From assembly GCA_017654855.1 (NCBI GenBank), contig CM030334.1:3472001-3536000 (forward strand): a stretch of DNA of 64,000 nt, written 5' to 3'. The notes below the pieces were generated by a model. That model was not told the DNA's origin and ran no database searches. It saw only the letters and a program-made list of their open reading frames with translations. Source of the stretch: Podospora anserina. Its lineage: Eukaryota. Below are positions 27,313-38,547 of the stretch, piece after piece. Each line of letters opens with the position of its first letter. Position 1 is the stretch's first letter. The position numbers and the translations under genes are program-made.

Positions 27313-30051
27313 ATGGCCGATCAGCACCAACATACCCAGCAGCAGTTTGCTCCACCCACCTATGCCTCGCTCGAGGTGCCCTTTGCGCCCCCTGTCCACC
27401 GCAATGCCCTGCCAGAAACACGCATTGCCGAGCCTGGTCCGAAGAAGAAGGGCAAGCGAAAGTCCAACGCTGCCGAAGGAGATGCCAATGGGACGACAGA
27501 CTCTCCCAAGGAAAAGAAGCAGCGCATCTCCCGCTCCTGTGATCAATGCCATGGCAAGCGAATGAAATGCAGTGGCTTCAAGCCATGCAACAACTGCACC
27601 AAGCGCGACAGGGCGTGTACCTATGACAGACCCTATATCAGGGGCATTGCAAAGACACCACCCCCTCCTCCCGCCGATGGCCAAGCCCGTAACCTCGCCC
27701 AGCCAGTTGACGAGTTTGGGAGGGAAGTCCGTGACAGAAGCTGGGCTCTACGTGCCTGTGATCTCTGTCGAACTCAAAAGGTGTCTTGCTCGGGCAAGCT
27801 ACCATGCGAGAACTGCTTCAGCAGCCGTGTTGCATGCACCTTCAAGCTACGTGCAAAACAACGAGACTCGATGCCACCGGGCGAGGGCGGTGAGGAAGGC
27901 GAAGGCGAGGGTGAGGCCTCAGAAGCAGAGGCTGATGAAACAGAGCTGCAGGAGAACGACTCTACTGAATATGGAGGTACATTCGCAGTCAGGCGCATTC
28001 CACTTCAGGATCACGAGAACTACATGCTCACAAATCGATATGCCGATCCCGAGACACCACCCCTGGCTTTTCTTCACAAAGCCTGGGAGAGGATGGCCCG
28101 CTACCAGAAAATACCCACCAGCTACGGACAAGAATATGGTGTTCCTGGCGACCTCGTCATGCCGCCTAGTGACCAGCCTTTCGACACTACTTTGCCGCTG
28201 GCTTTTCCTGAGAGTCCGACCAAATGGTTCGAGATGCTCAACGCTTTTCAGAACGGCTGGACCGAGACCTTTCACTTTCTACACCGGCCCACCGTCAAGT
28301 CCTGGTTGGAAAGGGTATGGAAGAACTGGACTGCAAACTCACCCCTGGAGAAGGATCTCGGCCCGGCAAAAGCCACCATTGCGCTAATGTGCATGTCTAT
28401 TGGCACAATGTTTTACGACCGACCATGGCGAGAAGCCGTTAGACAAAAGATGTGGGATCGTCTCTGGACGCTCAACATGGGAGACCAACTGTTCCTGGCA
28501 ACCATTCGTCTCACAGACTCTGAGCCGGGCCCACCAAAGCTGGAATCCATCCAAGCTCGTCTCCTCCAAGTCCTGTATCTCCTTTGCACATGTCGACTGA
28601 GCCAAGCTTGGTATATCTTTGGCAATGCCGTCCACATGCTGACTCAGCTCGGCCTCCATCGCAGACGAGGCCGAAATCGAGGCCTGGGTCGGGATATCAC
28701 AGCCAACCCAGATTACGCAAAGATCCAGTGCGAGAGGCGCACGTTTTGGACCGCCTACATCATTGACAAGGAGATTTCGTTGATGTCTGGAAGGCCCTGC
28801 CATTTTTCCAATGAAGCAGTTGACCAGGAGTTCCCGGATCCTGTCAACGACGAAGATATGGGTCCCGAAGGCCCTTTCCGGCCACACCTGGGCGACTGCT
28901 ACTTGGAGGCTGGCACTGAGCAGGCCAAGTTGAACCAGATCATCGATAAGATTATGCGAGACGTGTACACGTTTCGCGAGATACCCGATGACTGGAGGTT
29001 GGAGAGCGCTACACGACTAGGGAACGAGTTGGAACAGTGGAAAGAGCAGCTACCCTTCATGATGTGTCATCTCAAGCCTTCCATGTTGCACACCATTTTC
29101 CGTCGACAGTCCACTCTCTTGACCCTGGCTCATTGCCACGCCGCCATTCTCGTCTATCGTCCGTTCATGACAGCACCATACTCGGCCGATGCCGAAAAGA
29201 AACAGGCTGCCGATTCTGCTGTGCGCAAACTGCTTGACGCCGCTCGTATAGCTTTGAATATGTGCCTCGCATTGGCTAGAGATCAGGAGAAGAGGGACAA
29301 GAGCCACTTCCAGTCCATTTTCTTCGCGCACCACGTCTGCTTCTGCGCAGCCGCCGTTATTTTCCTTCTCCCGCACATCCGAACTCGGCAAGCCATGTAC
29401 GGAGGCACTCACTTTAGGGGTTACGGCAAGATGGACTCCTTACTCACCGAGACCGCAGAAAAGGCCATTGGCGCGCTCTTGAAACAAACAAATCGCTATT
29501 CGCCCTCGCGTAGATGGGCCATCATCTTGGAAGAGCTTCGAGATGAGGCGGCTCGCCAAGTGACTGGGGCTGGACGAACGCCGGCGGAACAGAGTCAGGC
29601 CCAGGCTCAGGTTGCAGGGCAAGGCCAGGGGGGCAGTGATGATGCGGATTCCCAATCTCCCAATGAGCAACTCTTGGAAGATGCATTACGTGCCCACTGG
29701 GAAGCTGATTTGGCCCGTCATGCTCTCCCGAATCATCCACCTGCTGAAGTTGCTGAACCACCGCCTCCCCCATTGGTATACCGTCTGTGGGACAAATGGA
29801 AGACGACCGATTGGATTGATCTTGATTCTGCGGTAAGTTGATCAGATCTTTCCCAGGCTGTTGACTGACAAGGGTGCCAGGCGTTTGGGCCGATTTCCAA
29901 TTTTGAGCCTCTACCTCCTCCTCCTCCTCCTCCTCCTCCTCCAGCACCACAGCCTGCACCTCAACCAGGACAGCAGTCAGCAAACGAGCCAGCGCAACCA
30001 CCGCCCCAGCCAGCACCGCAACAAGGCCCCGTTCAGAACCCAGTTCAGTAA
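27313..30051 (+). CDS. Fungal transcription factor with two Zn(II)2Cys6 clusters and a fungal-specific TF domain; intron 29833-29880
   Basis: CDQC..KRMKC..PCNNC..AC and CDLC..QKVSC..PCENC..AC clusters; ERRTFWTAYIIDK..GRP; last exon Pro/Gln-rich to TAA at 30049-30051. Confidence 0.9.
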
Positions 30052-30131
30052 TGTTTGGTAATATTGACTCGCTAGCAGCTCTTAACTCCTATAATACAGT
30101 CCCAAATACACCTGTCAACCACCAGCTAGGC

Positions 30132-30413
30132 TTAGCTCGAGCTTTCCGACGATGGCGAGATCTCATCCATCAAGGTGTCAACTTCATCCTTCACTGCTCG
30201 GGCCCGGCTCAAGATGTCGGCCATGTTCAGCCCTTTCAGCAGCCGATCCTGGATTTCTCCGTTGCTGTGGAGATATTTTTGCAGCGAGTAGGAGGGTTCG
30301 CTGGTCGTTGTTCTTCTTTGGCAATATCAGTATCGGCAGTCCTTGGAAGTCAGAATCAAGTCAACTTACTCATCACCGGACAACTGAAGGCCTGGTCCCA
30401 TTCTTTGCGACAT
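30132..30413 (-). CDS. Putative 75-aa two-exon protein absent from the ORF track
   Basis: CAAA-ATG at 30413, GTAAGT donor at 30369, CTGAT branch and AAG acceptor at 30316, in-frame open second exon to TAA. Confidence 0.5.
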
Positions 30414-31738
30414 TTTGAGTTTTGTTTTGGGAGGCAAATTATCTTTCTTCTCGGCTGCTTGGTGGCTGCTCAGGCGTGTGTTGGTTGGTTTGACGGCTTG
30501 GAAGTCTGTGTTTCTTGAGGAAACCATCGCCTTTTATCTGTTGGACTCCATCTCGTTATTCCCATTCTCATGAGGTTACCTGGCGTTCTTGGTGATCCTT
30601 TTGGGAAGCTTGGTCGCATATTGACGCGCTCTATCCAGTATCACGCGTTTGAGCACATGGAGAACAAGTGTTCGACCTTTGAACAAGCGCCCTGAATGGC
30701 ACACGACTCATCTTTACCATGACATGCTCTGCCTGACGAGGCTGTGATGTCTCTGAGTTGGCGGTTTGGCCATCACATGTTCGGTTCAGGACGCGGGTTG
30801 CTGTTCGCAATTGAGCGCGTCTGATCAAGGGACCGGTCCTATCCTTTCACCTGGTTTCTCCGAATCTTTTGTCGGCTCTCCAAGTCCCTGACTTTGGGCC
30901 CTGTGCGTCATCGCCGGATCAATTCGATGCGAGGTATCTCTTGCATTAACACCACGCTGCCGAGCCGGCCGATTGGGAATAGTGTTGGTCCCTTCCCCGC
31001 TCTCAGCCTTATCTACAGTCCCAGAAGATCCCCAAGTGACAGGAGATCTGTCGCATTTGAGCACTTGGAAGTACTTGCGCACGCATAGCCACCGCTGGGG
31101 AATGCAGATGGATAGGCATACCACTAGGCACGCGCGTGGTTTTCCCTGTTGGGCCTGTACTGCGTGTCATCGGATGTCCTGTCCAATGCTTGAACGGCCT
31201 TGGGGTGGTTCAACTCTGCCGATGCATGCGCCCCGAGTGGGAGCACGCCATTGGAGAAAGCGTGCTCTGATCTTCTCGGGAACCGGAGGAAAGGTGTGTA
31301 ATAGCAAGCCCCGAGTTCTGCTTCTTCTCCGCATTTGCGCAAACGGATCGCAGCTCATGTATATAATGCCGTCTCAGAGTCATGGTTTTTCACAATGGAG
31401 ACTTGCTTCTTCCTCAGGCCCAGCTGAGGTTATTTGGGTTCGACATCACATTTGAAGCAATATTGACACGCATCAGTTCATTTTGTGGTCCAGCACTCGG
31501 ACTGCTACTCGGCTCAACACAATCCTTTCTTCGGCCAACTTCCCCTCACTTATAAGCCATCGTCACGACCTCATCGGGTTGTGTGACCCCCCGCCAGTAT
31601 CAACACCCGCACTCAGAACAAAGCTTCAGACACAGAAACCCAGCCGAGCAGAGATTCACCACCGTTACGTATGGCCTGAATCTCATGTCACGAGATCCAG
31701 GGTCCTCAGCGTAGAACAGATTCGACCCTGTCAACTTC

Positions 31739-32998
31739 ATGGCATCCCGCGGCTCAAGTCACCCGACACCTTCGGAGTTATTCCTCGCAAAGAAAAAGAA
31801 AGAGATTCTAGACAGATCTATGGCTCTCATCCTCAAGAAATTGGACGAATGCCTTGAAAACCCCGTTCCAACAGCACCAAGGCGCCGTGTGGCGAAGCGG
31901 GCGAGAGACGACCAGGACACTGCTGCTGTTGACGACCGCGTCGCTGCCGGCGCCGCCACCACCACCACCACCGACGACGCTATCGACACGCGAAACAAGA
32001 AGAAGCTGAAGCAAGACCCGGCAGCGGGACGCCGGTTCGCCTGTCCGTTCTTTAAGCACAACGCGGCAAAGTACAAGCATGTCAAGACCTGCTGTGGCCC
32101 CGGGTGGAAGGACGTCCACCGGGTGAAGGAGCATCTATATCGCCGCCACTCGGCCAAGAACTCTTGCGCGAGGTGCTTTGAGCAGTTTGAGGATGAGGCC
32201 GCTCTCAAGGATCACCAGCGGTCTGAGGAGCCGTGCAAGCTTGAGAAGCACAATATACCTGATGTCATCACAGAGGAAAAGGACAAGTTCTTGCACGCTA
32301 GGGCCAAGGCTGGGCTTTCTGAGGAGGATAAGTGGCGGGAGATGTATCGGATTCTCTTCCCTGGCGAGAAGATTCCATCTCCCTACTATGATGACTCGGA
32401 TGGGACAGGCCCGGATAACGAGAATGGAGGGTCGTCCAGAAACTGGGAGGAGTTCAAGACGTTTGCCCGGCAGGAGGTACCCAGACTGATCAAGCCTCTG
32501 TTGCAGCAATACATCGACAAGTACTTTGAGGACTTTGCAGAGAAGATGAACCAAAAGTCGATTGAGGTCGCCAAGGTGGTGGAAAGCCAGGTCCTGCGCA
32601 CCTGGATCTTTAGGGAGGAGCAGCAGCATCTGTTCCCGCCCGGAGGTGCAGCGCCGTCGTCTCCTCCGCCGTCGGTTTCCGCCCGGGCATCCAGCCCAGA
32701 GGTCGATGTGAAGCCTGCGAGTTACAATGAAGTGATGGATGAGTGGAGGGACAACCCACACAGCGGAGAGTTCTGGGCTGACATGATGAGCGGACCTCTT
32801 TCTCTGGACAATTTCTTGGCTGATGCGAGCCACATGGGCCTGGGCTGTGGGAATGATATCTTCAGCGCTGACTCGGCCTACTTTACGAATCCTGTCTCAG
32901 ACAGGGAGATCACTTCCAGCTCTGGCCTTCATCAGGTTGCTGGGGCTGTTATGGGTGCTGCTGTTGGCGCTGCTCCGATGTACCCGCGGTATTTGTAG
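31739..32998 (+). CDS. Fungal C2H2-like zinc-finger protein
   Basis: FACPFFK..TCC.PGW..VHRVKEHLYRRH..CARC..F....LKDH, W..MYRILFP....PSPYY. Confidence 0.8.
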   Translation: MASRGSSHPTPSELFLAKKKKEILDRSMALILKKLDECLENPVPTAPRRRVAKRARDDQDTAAVDDRVAAGAATTTTTDDAIDTRNKKKLKQDPAAGRRFACPFFKHNAAKYKHVKTCCGPGWKDVHRVKEHLYRRHSAKNSCARCFEQFEDEAALKDHQRSEEPCKLEKHNIPDVITEEKDKFLHARAKAGLSEEDKWREMYRILFPGEKIPSPYYDDSDGTGPDNENGGSSRNWEEFKTFARQEVPRLIKPLLQQYIDKYFEDFAEKMNQKSIEVAKVVESQVLRTWIFREEQQHLFPPGGAAPSSPPPSVSARASSPEVDVKPASYNEVMDEWRDNPHSGEFWADMMSGPLSLDNFLADASHMGLGCGNDIFSADSAYFTNPVSDREITSSSGLHQVAGAVMGAAVGAAPMYPRYL

Positions 32999-34343
32999 GT
33001 CATTGTCGGTCTGTTTGGCATGTTTCACATGCTTGTCCATCTCATTGCCTCGATCATTCGTGTCTCCTATTCTTCGTCATGTCATTTGCAATGGACCGGG
33101 GGGACACTCATTATTGGGTATCATGCCGAGATTTTTCCTTTTGTTTTCTTTTACTCTGATGATCAGGAAAGTGGTATCAGTACGATAGTTGAACATCATG
33201 CAAGGCTTTTCTTGACCATCATCTCATGAACCAACCAAACAACCCAATCGCTCCATCACCTACCCCTCCATTTCAGCCCCCAACTCCCGTCACCCTCATG
33301 AACTACCCCTCCCCCGCATAATCTTTTTACACGTCCGTATCTTATCACATTCAGCAGGCTTCCCGGCCGCATCCCTCGCGGCCAGCTACCTTAGCTCTGA
33401 AGAGATATATCAAGGCATCTATTGCATCATCCTATCCGGTCTTCCCGGCCATCCGGCTGGCTGAGGAGCGACAGGAAAAATGTTTATTGCATAAAAGGCA
33501 TGAACGGCCAAATTAAATTGGCTTGGGGGATTGGAGTTCGCGGAGGGGGCGAAGGAGATGGCACCACGTCACCCCATCGTTCATGTCTACCACCACCACA
33601 ACAACAACAGCAACAACGACAACCACCACGAAAGAACCTGGACACGGCAAATTAGGATATCACAAAGCTAGTGTGAGACAACAACATTAAAATTCGGTCA
33701 GTCAAGGCTGTTTAATTGGTTCAAGTTGCGAGCATCATACAAATGCCGTGACGCAGAATGCTGTGAGGAAAGGTCTCCAAAGTCCCGGAACTGAAAGTGG
33801 GGGGATGGGTACGTTACGGCAGATGCAGGGATCCTTCCTCAGATCCCTCTATAAGACACCTCTGCAGATGGAACACCTTGTTTCAGCTTGCAGGCGGTGC
33901 TGACTTTGATGGCAAATGCGGGGGACAGTCTCCCCCTCATTTTGCCACCAAGAAGAGGCCAAGTTCCATCGTGGCAGTGAGCGTGATGAGATAGAGGGGA
34001 GATGAGGCTCTGCTGTCAGTTGGGAGGTGATTATACAGCTAGTAAGCTAGTAAGCGAGGAAGATGATGTTTGCGCAAAAGCGCAGAGGAGGAGCTTGCTT
34101 ATCACCATTTCGCTGGCCATAACCACAGCAATCACGGGACGGACCTTCTGATCAACGAAACACTGCCCCTGCGGAGGTGGGGTGGTGACACAACTTCACA
34201 CAGCTCACACAACCCACTCAATCACCACTTCCCGCACCATTCCCGGTGTTATATGCGGATGGTGTAGGTAACAGGTAGCGACCACCATGAGCACTAGTTC
34301 CACCCCGAAAAAATAAGCTACGATGGGTGCCCACACTCATAAA

Positions 34344-34430
34344 TCTTCCGTAGTATAGTGGTCAGTATGTGAGCTTGTCATCTCTCAGTTGTCAACGCTC
34401 GAGACCCGGGTTCAATTCCCGGCGGGAGAG
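34344..34430 (+). tRNA. tRNA-Asp (GTC) with ~15-nt intron
   Basis: TCTTCCG/CGGGAGA acceptor stem, TAGTATAGTGG D-arm, GTC anticodon then intron, GGTTCAATTCC T-arm. Confidence 0.92.
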
Positions 34431-34828
34431 TAAACCACACTTAGCTTTTGGTGATTTTTACGTCACACCCTTGCTGTGGGAGGGATATTGTTGTTGAGAA
34501 GTTTTGTTTTGTTTATTTGCCGGCGTAGGTGGCAAAACAAATAAAGTGTGTCGACGGCGATTCGGGGTATAAATAAGAAAAGGGGCTTTTAGGGGACATA
34601 AACGCTTCCCTCGCACTATTTTTGCTATCAAGGCAAACAGTGTTTTTTTTTTTTTTCACTTTCCACTTGATGTTTCTAGCTCTTCATTGAACTGTGATTC
34701 CCTAAAGGACAAAACGTTATGCCCGCGAGTCAAGTCCATAAGTGTCAACTCCGAAAAAAAAAGGGGGGACCCCATACCACAAAAAAAAACCCACACCCCA
34801 CGACACACCAAAAGTAAAAATATTCATT

Positions 34829-34910
34829 CGACGTGGGCCTGATTCGAACAGACGCTCCCGAAGGAACAAGATTTCTAGTCTTGCGCGTTAGACCACTCCG
34901 CCACCACGCC
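34829..34910 (-). tRNA. tRNA-Ser (AGA)
   Basis: Reverse complement GGCGTGG..CAAGA-CT-AGA-AA-TCTTG anticodon arm, long variable arm, GTTCGAATC T-loop. Confidence 0.93.
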
Positions 34911-35436
34911 TCTTGTTTGATGAAGTTTTCTCCCAGAATATCGCCACATCACCAACCGGCCAAATGGCACAAACTGGCGGCAGCGAGGATATATGAAAGC
35001 ACTTTGGATTTTCCTTTCATCTTCACAATATCAAGATTACACCAGCGGGAACAGACTGGGATGAAAAAGAAAAGCGAGGCCAAGCGAGTCGCGCACAACC
35101 ATCAGTCACGACACCTGCCTGAAAGGACCTTGTTCAGACCCAACGTCGTTCCTCATGTCGTCGCAACCTCGAACCGCCCAGGGGCGAAGAGAAACTACTT
35201 CGCTGATAGAGGCGAGAAATGGGGTGATATATCAATTGTTCAATAGCTTGCGTCCTCGTCGTAATAGTGAGCCACAGGCCTGAATGTGTTGACTGTTCTC
35301 TCTTATGAAGAGGGGACAGCGACACTGACAGCAGGCGGGTTTGCATAACAAGAGTAAGGAGAGGCACCGATTCATAGCAGCTCAACATTTGCTTGAAACA
35401 GAAAATATAACCAAAACAAAAGCCTCTGAAATGCCC

Positions 35437-37694
35437 TTAATACCCCTGCCCGTGACCCTGATACCCCTGTTGTTGGTTCTGGTTCAGCAGGTTCCCACTC
35501 CCACTCCCATAGTTGTTCCCAGTAGCATACCCCCCACCCCCATTCCCATAACTATTATCCACTGGCACCTCCCCCTCCCAGAACCCTCCCTGCTGCGGTC
35601 CCTCCGGCTTCCCGGACCCCAGACCGTCTTCCTCATCCCCAGTCCAAACCCTCCACTTGAACCGAATGATCTCATAAATCTGCACCAGCTGCGGCTGCCC
35701 CTGAGCACCCCCTTGTTGCTGAGCTTGACCTTGCCCTTGTGATCCAGCCCAAAAGATAGGCGTCCTCACCACCTCCCACACAACTCCCTCTCTCACCCTC
35801 TTTTGCCACAGCCAAACCCTAAAGCCAACCCAGTAGAGTGCCGCCGCTACTAATACTGCCATGGCAGTCATCTGCGGCGCAAACCAATCCACCCTGTCAC
35901 TCGAGTGAGCAATATATCTCTGCGCAGGATCATAGACCCAAATCGTGACAAGCGGCACAATGTTGGTAGCAGTAAAGATGACCGCCGCAATGACCCCCAC
36001 GACATGCGGAATGGGGGACTTGTATCGCCAGTTTGATCCAGGCCACAAACGAAGATACAGCATCCCTACCCCAATACACGAAAACCAAATCACATCCAGG
36101 CCGTAAGCATACGCCATCAACAGAAGCGAATAACCCGGTAGATGCGAGAACACCACACTGTCAGTCGACAACATGGCGGCAAGGATTAGAACAGAAGTAA
36201 CAGTCCAGTGCAACGCCAAAGCTGCAGCGGGTGACTTTTCCGTATGCAAGAACCCACCGGCTTGATGGTCTGGGATGCGTCTGAACCCATGGCGAAAGGT
36301 GAACTCATAGGAAGAAGCAAGATAAATGCTGCCAGGGAGAACACCTTCCTTGGCAACTTCTTGCTTGACACGGGCGGCGGTGAAAGTGAAAACAATGACG
36401 TTCCCGATAGCAGATAGGGCGCGGAGCGAGCCGCAGGCGGCCTTGATTGTGCTTTCAGCTACGCCAGACCCGACGGTGCGCTTGAAGAAATTGAAGGCAA
36501 TGTCGAGGTCAGCTGTGAAGAGGTCTGCTTTGGGGATGTTGGCGGCCTTTGTAAGTGATTGTTAGCTTAAGAGAACAGAGCTGACGCCAAAAAAAGGAGA
36601 GGATATCCTACATAGAGAATGGTGATGGTCATAAAGAGGCAGCAAATAAACAGCACTCCGTAACCCGATGTTCGGGCAAAGTTCTTGTGCGGTGCTTTGA
36701 TCTCAGCCAGAACCTATCATTTGTTAGTTGTTACCTGGGTTTTGATAGCGGATTCAACAAGTTAAACATACGTAGTTGGCCTGATGAAATCCGCCAAAAG
36801 GGAAAATTGCGTAGATCATTGCCTCTGCATACTTGTAAACTCCCCATTGAGTGTTATCAGCTCTCTTCAAGGATGTGCTCGAATCAAAGTTGTCTCTTGC
36901 CACATCCAGATTTAGCCAACGAAGTCCGAAGATGACCATGATGACAAGCATAGTCACTTTAAGAGAGCCTAAAACGTTGTTGAGACGGATACCCCATTTT
37001 CGAGACATGCTGTGGAGTAGACAAGAGAAGGTATTGACAGCCAGAGCAATGGCCACCATTCGGCCGGCTGTTTGGCTGGTGTTTGATGCTTGAAGGACGG
37101 CAGCAGCAAAAGCAATCGAGTTGGTCGCCGTGTTGCCAAAGACAAGGAAGGATACTCCGAACAGACATGTGGCCAGAAACCGAGGAAGCTTGAGGAAGTA
37201 GTTCAACTAGACTTTGTCAGCTATTTGTTCCAAATAATCTCGTGAAGCGCAAGACTTACATAGGGCAGTTCACCTCCACTTCTTGGGGTTGAAATCTTTG
37301 TACCATCCGGTCTCTGCCACCTTGGGACTGTCAAGCCCAACTCGATATAGAGAATGATACCCGATAAGGCGACAGCAACACCGCAAAGCCACAGCAGTAG
37401 GGTAACGGCAACACTCTGGGTATTGTAGAAAATCTGCGACGAAGCGTTGAAGATTCCAGATCCGATCATGCGGTTGAATATCAGGCAGAGTACCGAGAAG
37501 CGACCCAGACTGTCTTTCTCTGATGGGATCTCTTCGACAATGGCGTCATGGTCTTCTCTCGCTTCATAAAGAGCTTGTTGATCTTGGGGATCCAATCCTG
37601 GGGCCCAGTCTGGGGCCTCTGGTGGAGGTTGAGCCTGATTGAAGCCAAATCCTGTGCTCGGATCCGGCTCGGCCGTGGTTGTTTGTTGATACAT
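35437..37694 (-). CDS. APC-family amino-acid permease (Mup1/LAT-like); multi-exon
   Basis: CLIFNRMIGSGIF, PRSGGELPY, multiple TM segments over several exons, FTFTAARVKQEVAKEG. Confidence 0.85.
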
Positions 37695-38547
37695 GGTGTA
37701 ATACTGCTATATCAAAGGTAAAGCCACCACCATGGTAGCCTTGAGTCGTGATATGTTGTCCAGAATCAGGGTGAACAGATCTTGGGCATCTGGGTACCCA
37801 GAGCTTATGGGAGACAGGACATCGTCTCAGCCCTTCTTGGATGCGGGGGAGCTCAGTCTTGTTCACTTCAAGTGGTCGCTCAGAGCCTTTGTCTGGTCAC
37901 CGGAGCAAAACTCGCCATGCCCGCCATAGACACCGAGAGAGCACAGGCATGGGCTGCCTCCTGCATGACGTGTTAGCAAATGAGCCACTGTGTTTTAGAA
38001 TTATTGACTAACACCGGGAGCCGATTGGACTCGGTGCAGACGAGCGATGCCATGATGAGAAGTGAAGCGGGATTTCCTGGTTCTCGACCTTCAGCTGAAG
38101 CCAGCCAGAGCTGCGCCGTCCAGTGCTTTTAGCCACCCGCATCGGTAGGCGCATCTGGAACCCGGTGACCGAATTAATTTTGAAAGCCTCCGAGGGAATC
38201 TGCCTTGCGACGCTGCAAGTTGCTGTCTGTGCCTGGGCCGATGCGTGCGCCTCCTGCGATATTCGATTGATGTTAAGCGGATTCTTTGGATTTCCAGGGC
38301 GGACGACGGAAAATGCCATGTTTACGTTAACAAGGCTCCAGGTGAGCAATGCCGGGAAGGAAAGAATGCGGGGTGCTTCTCTTCCCTCTTTCGTCTCCTC
38401 GTCCTTTCCTCTGTGCTTTACCGCTCCACTGAAGGGCTAGGGCCGTTTAACTGAGCCCCTCCCACCTGCCCATCTTGTCTATGCTCCCCACACCTATGGA
38501 CCTGTCTTTGATCTGTCTGCATTCCGTGCCTCGATCCATGCGGAGCG

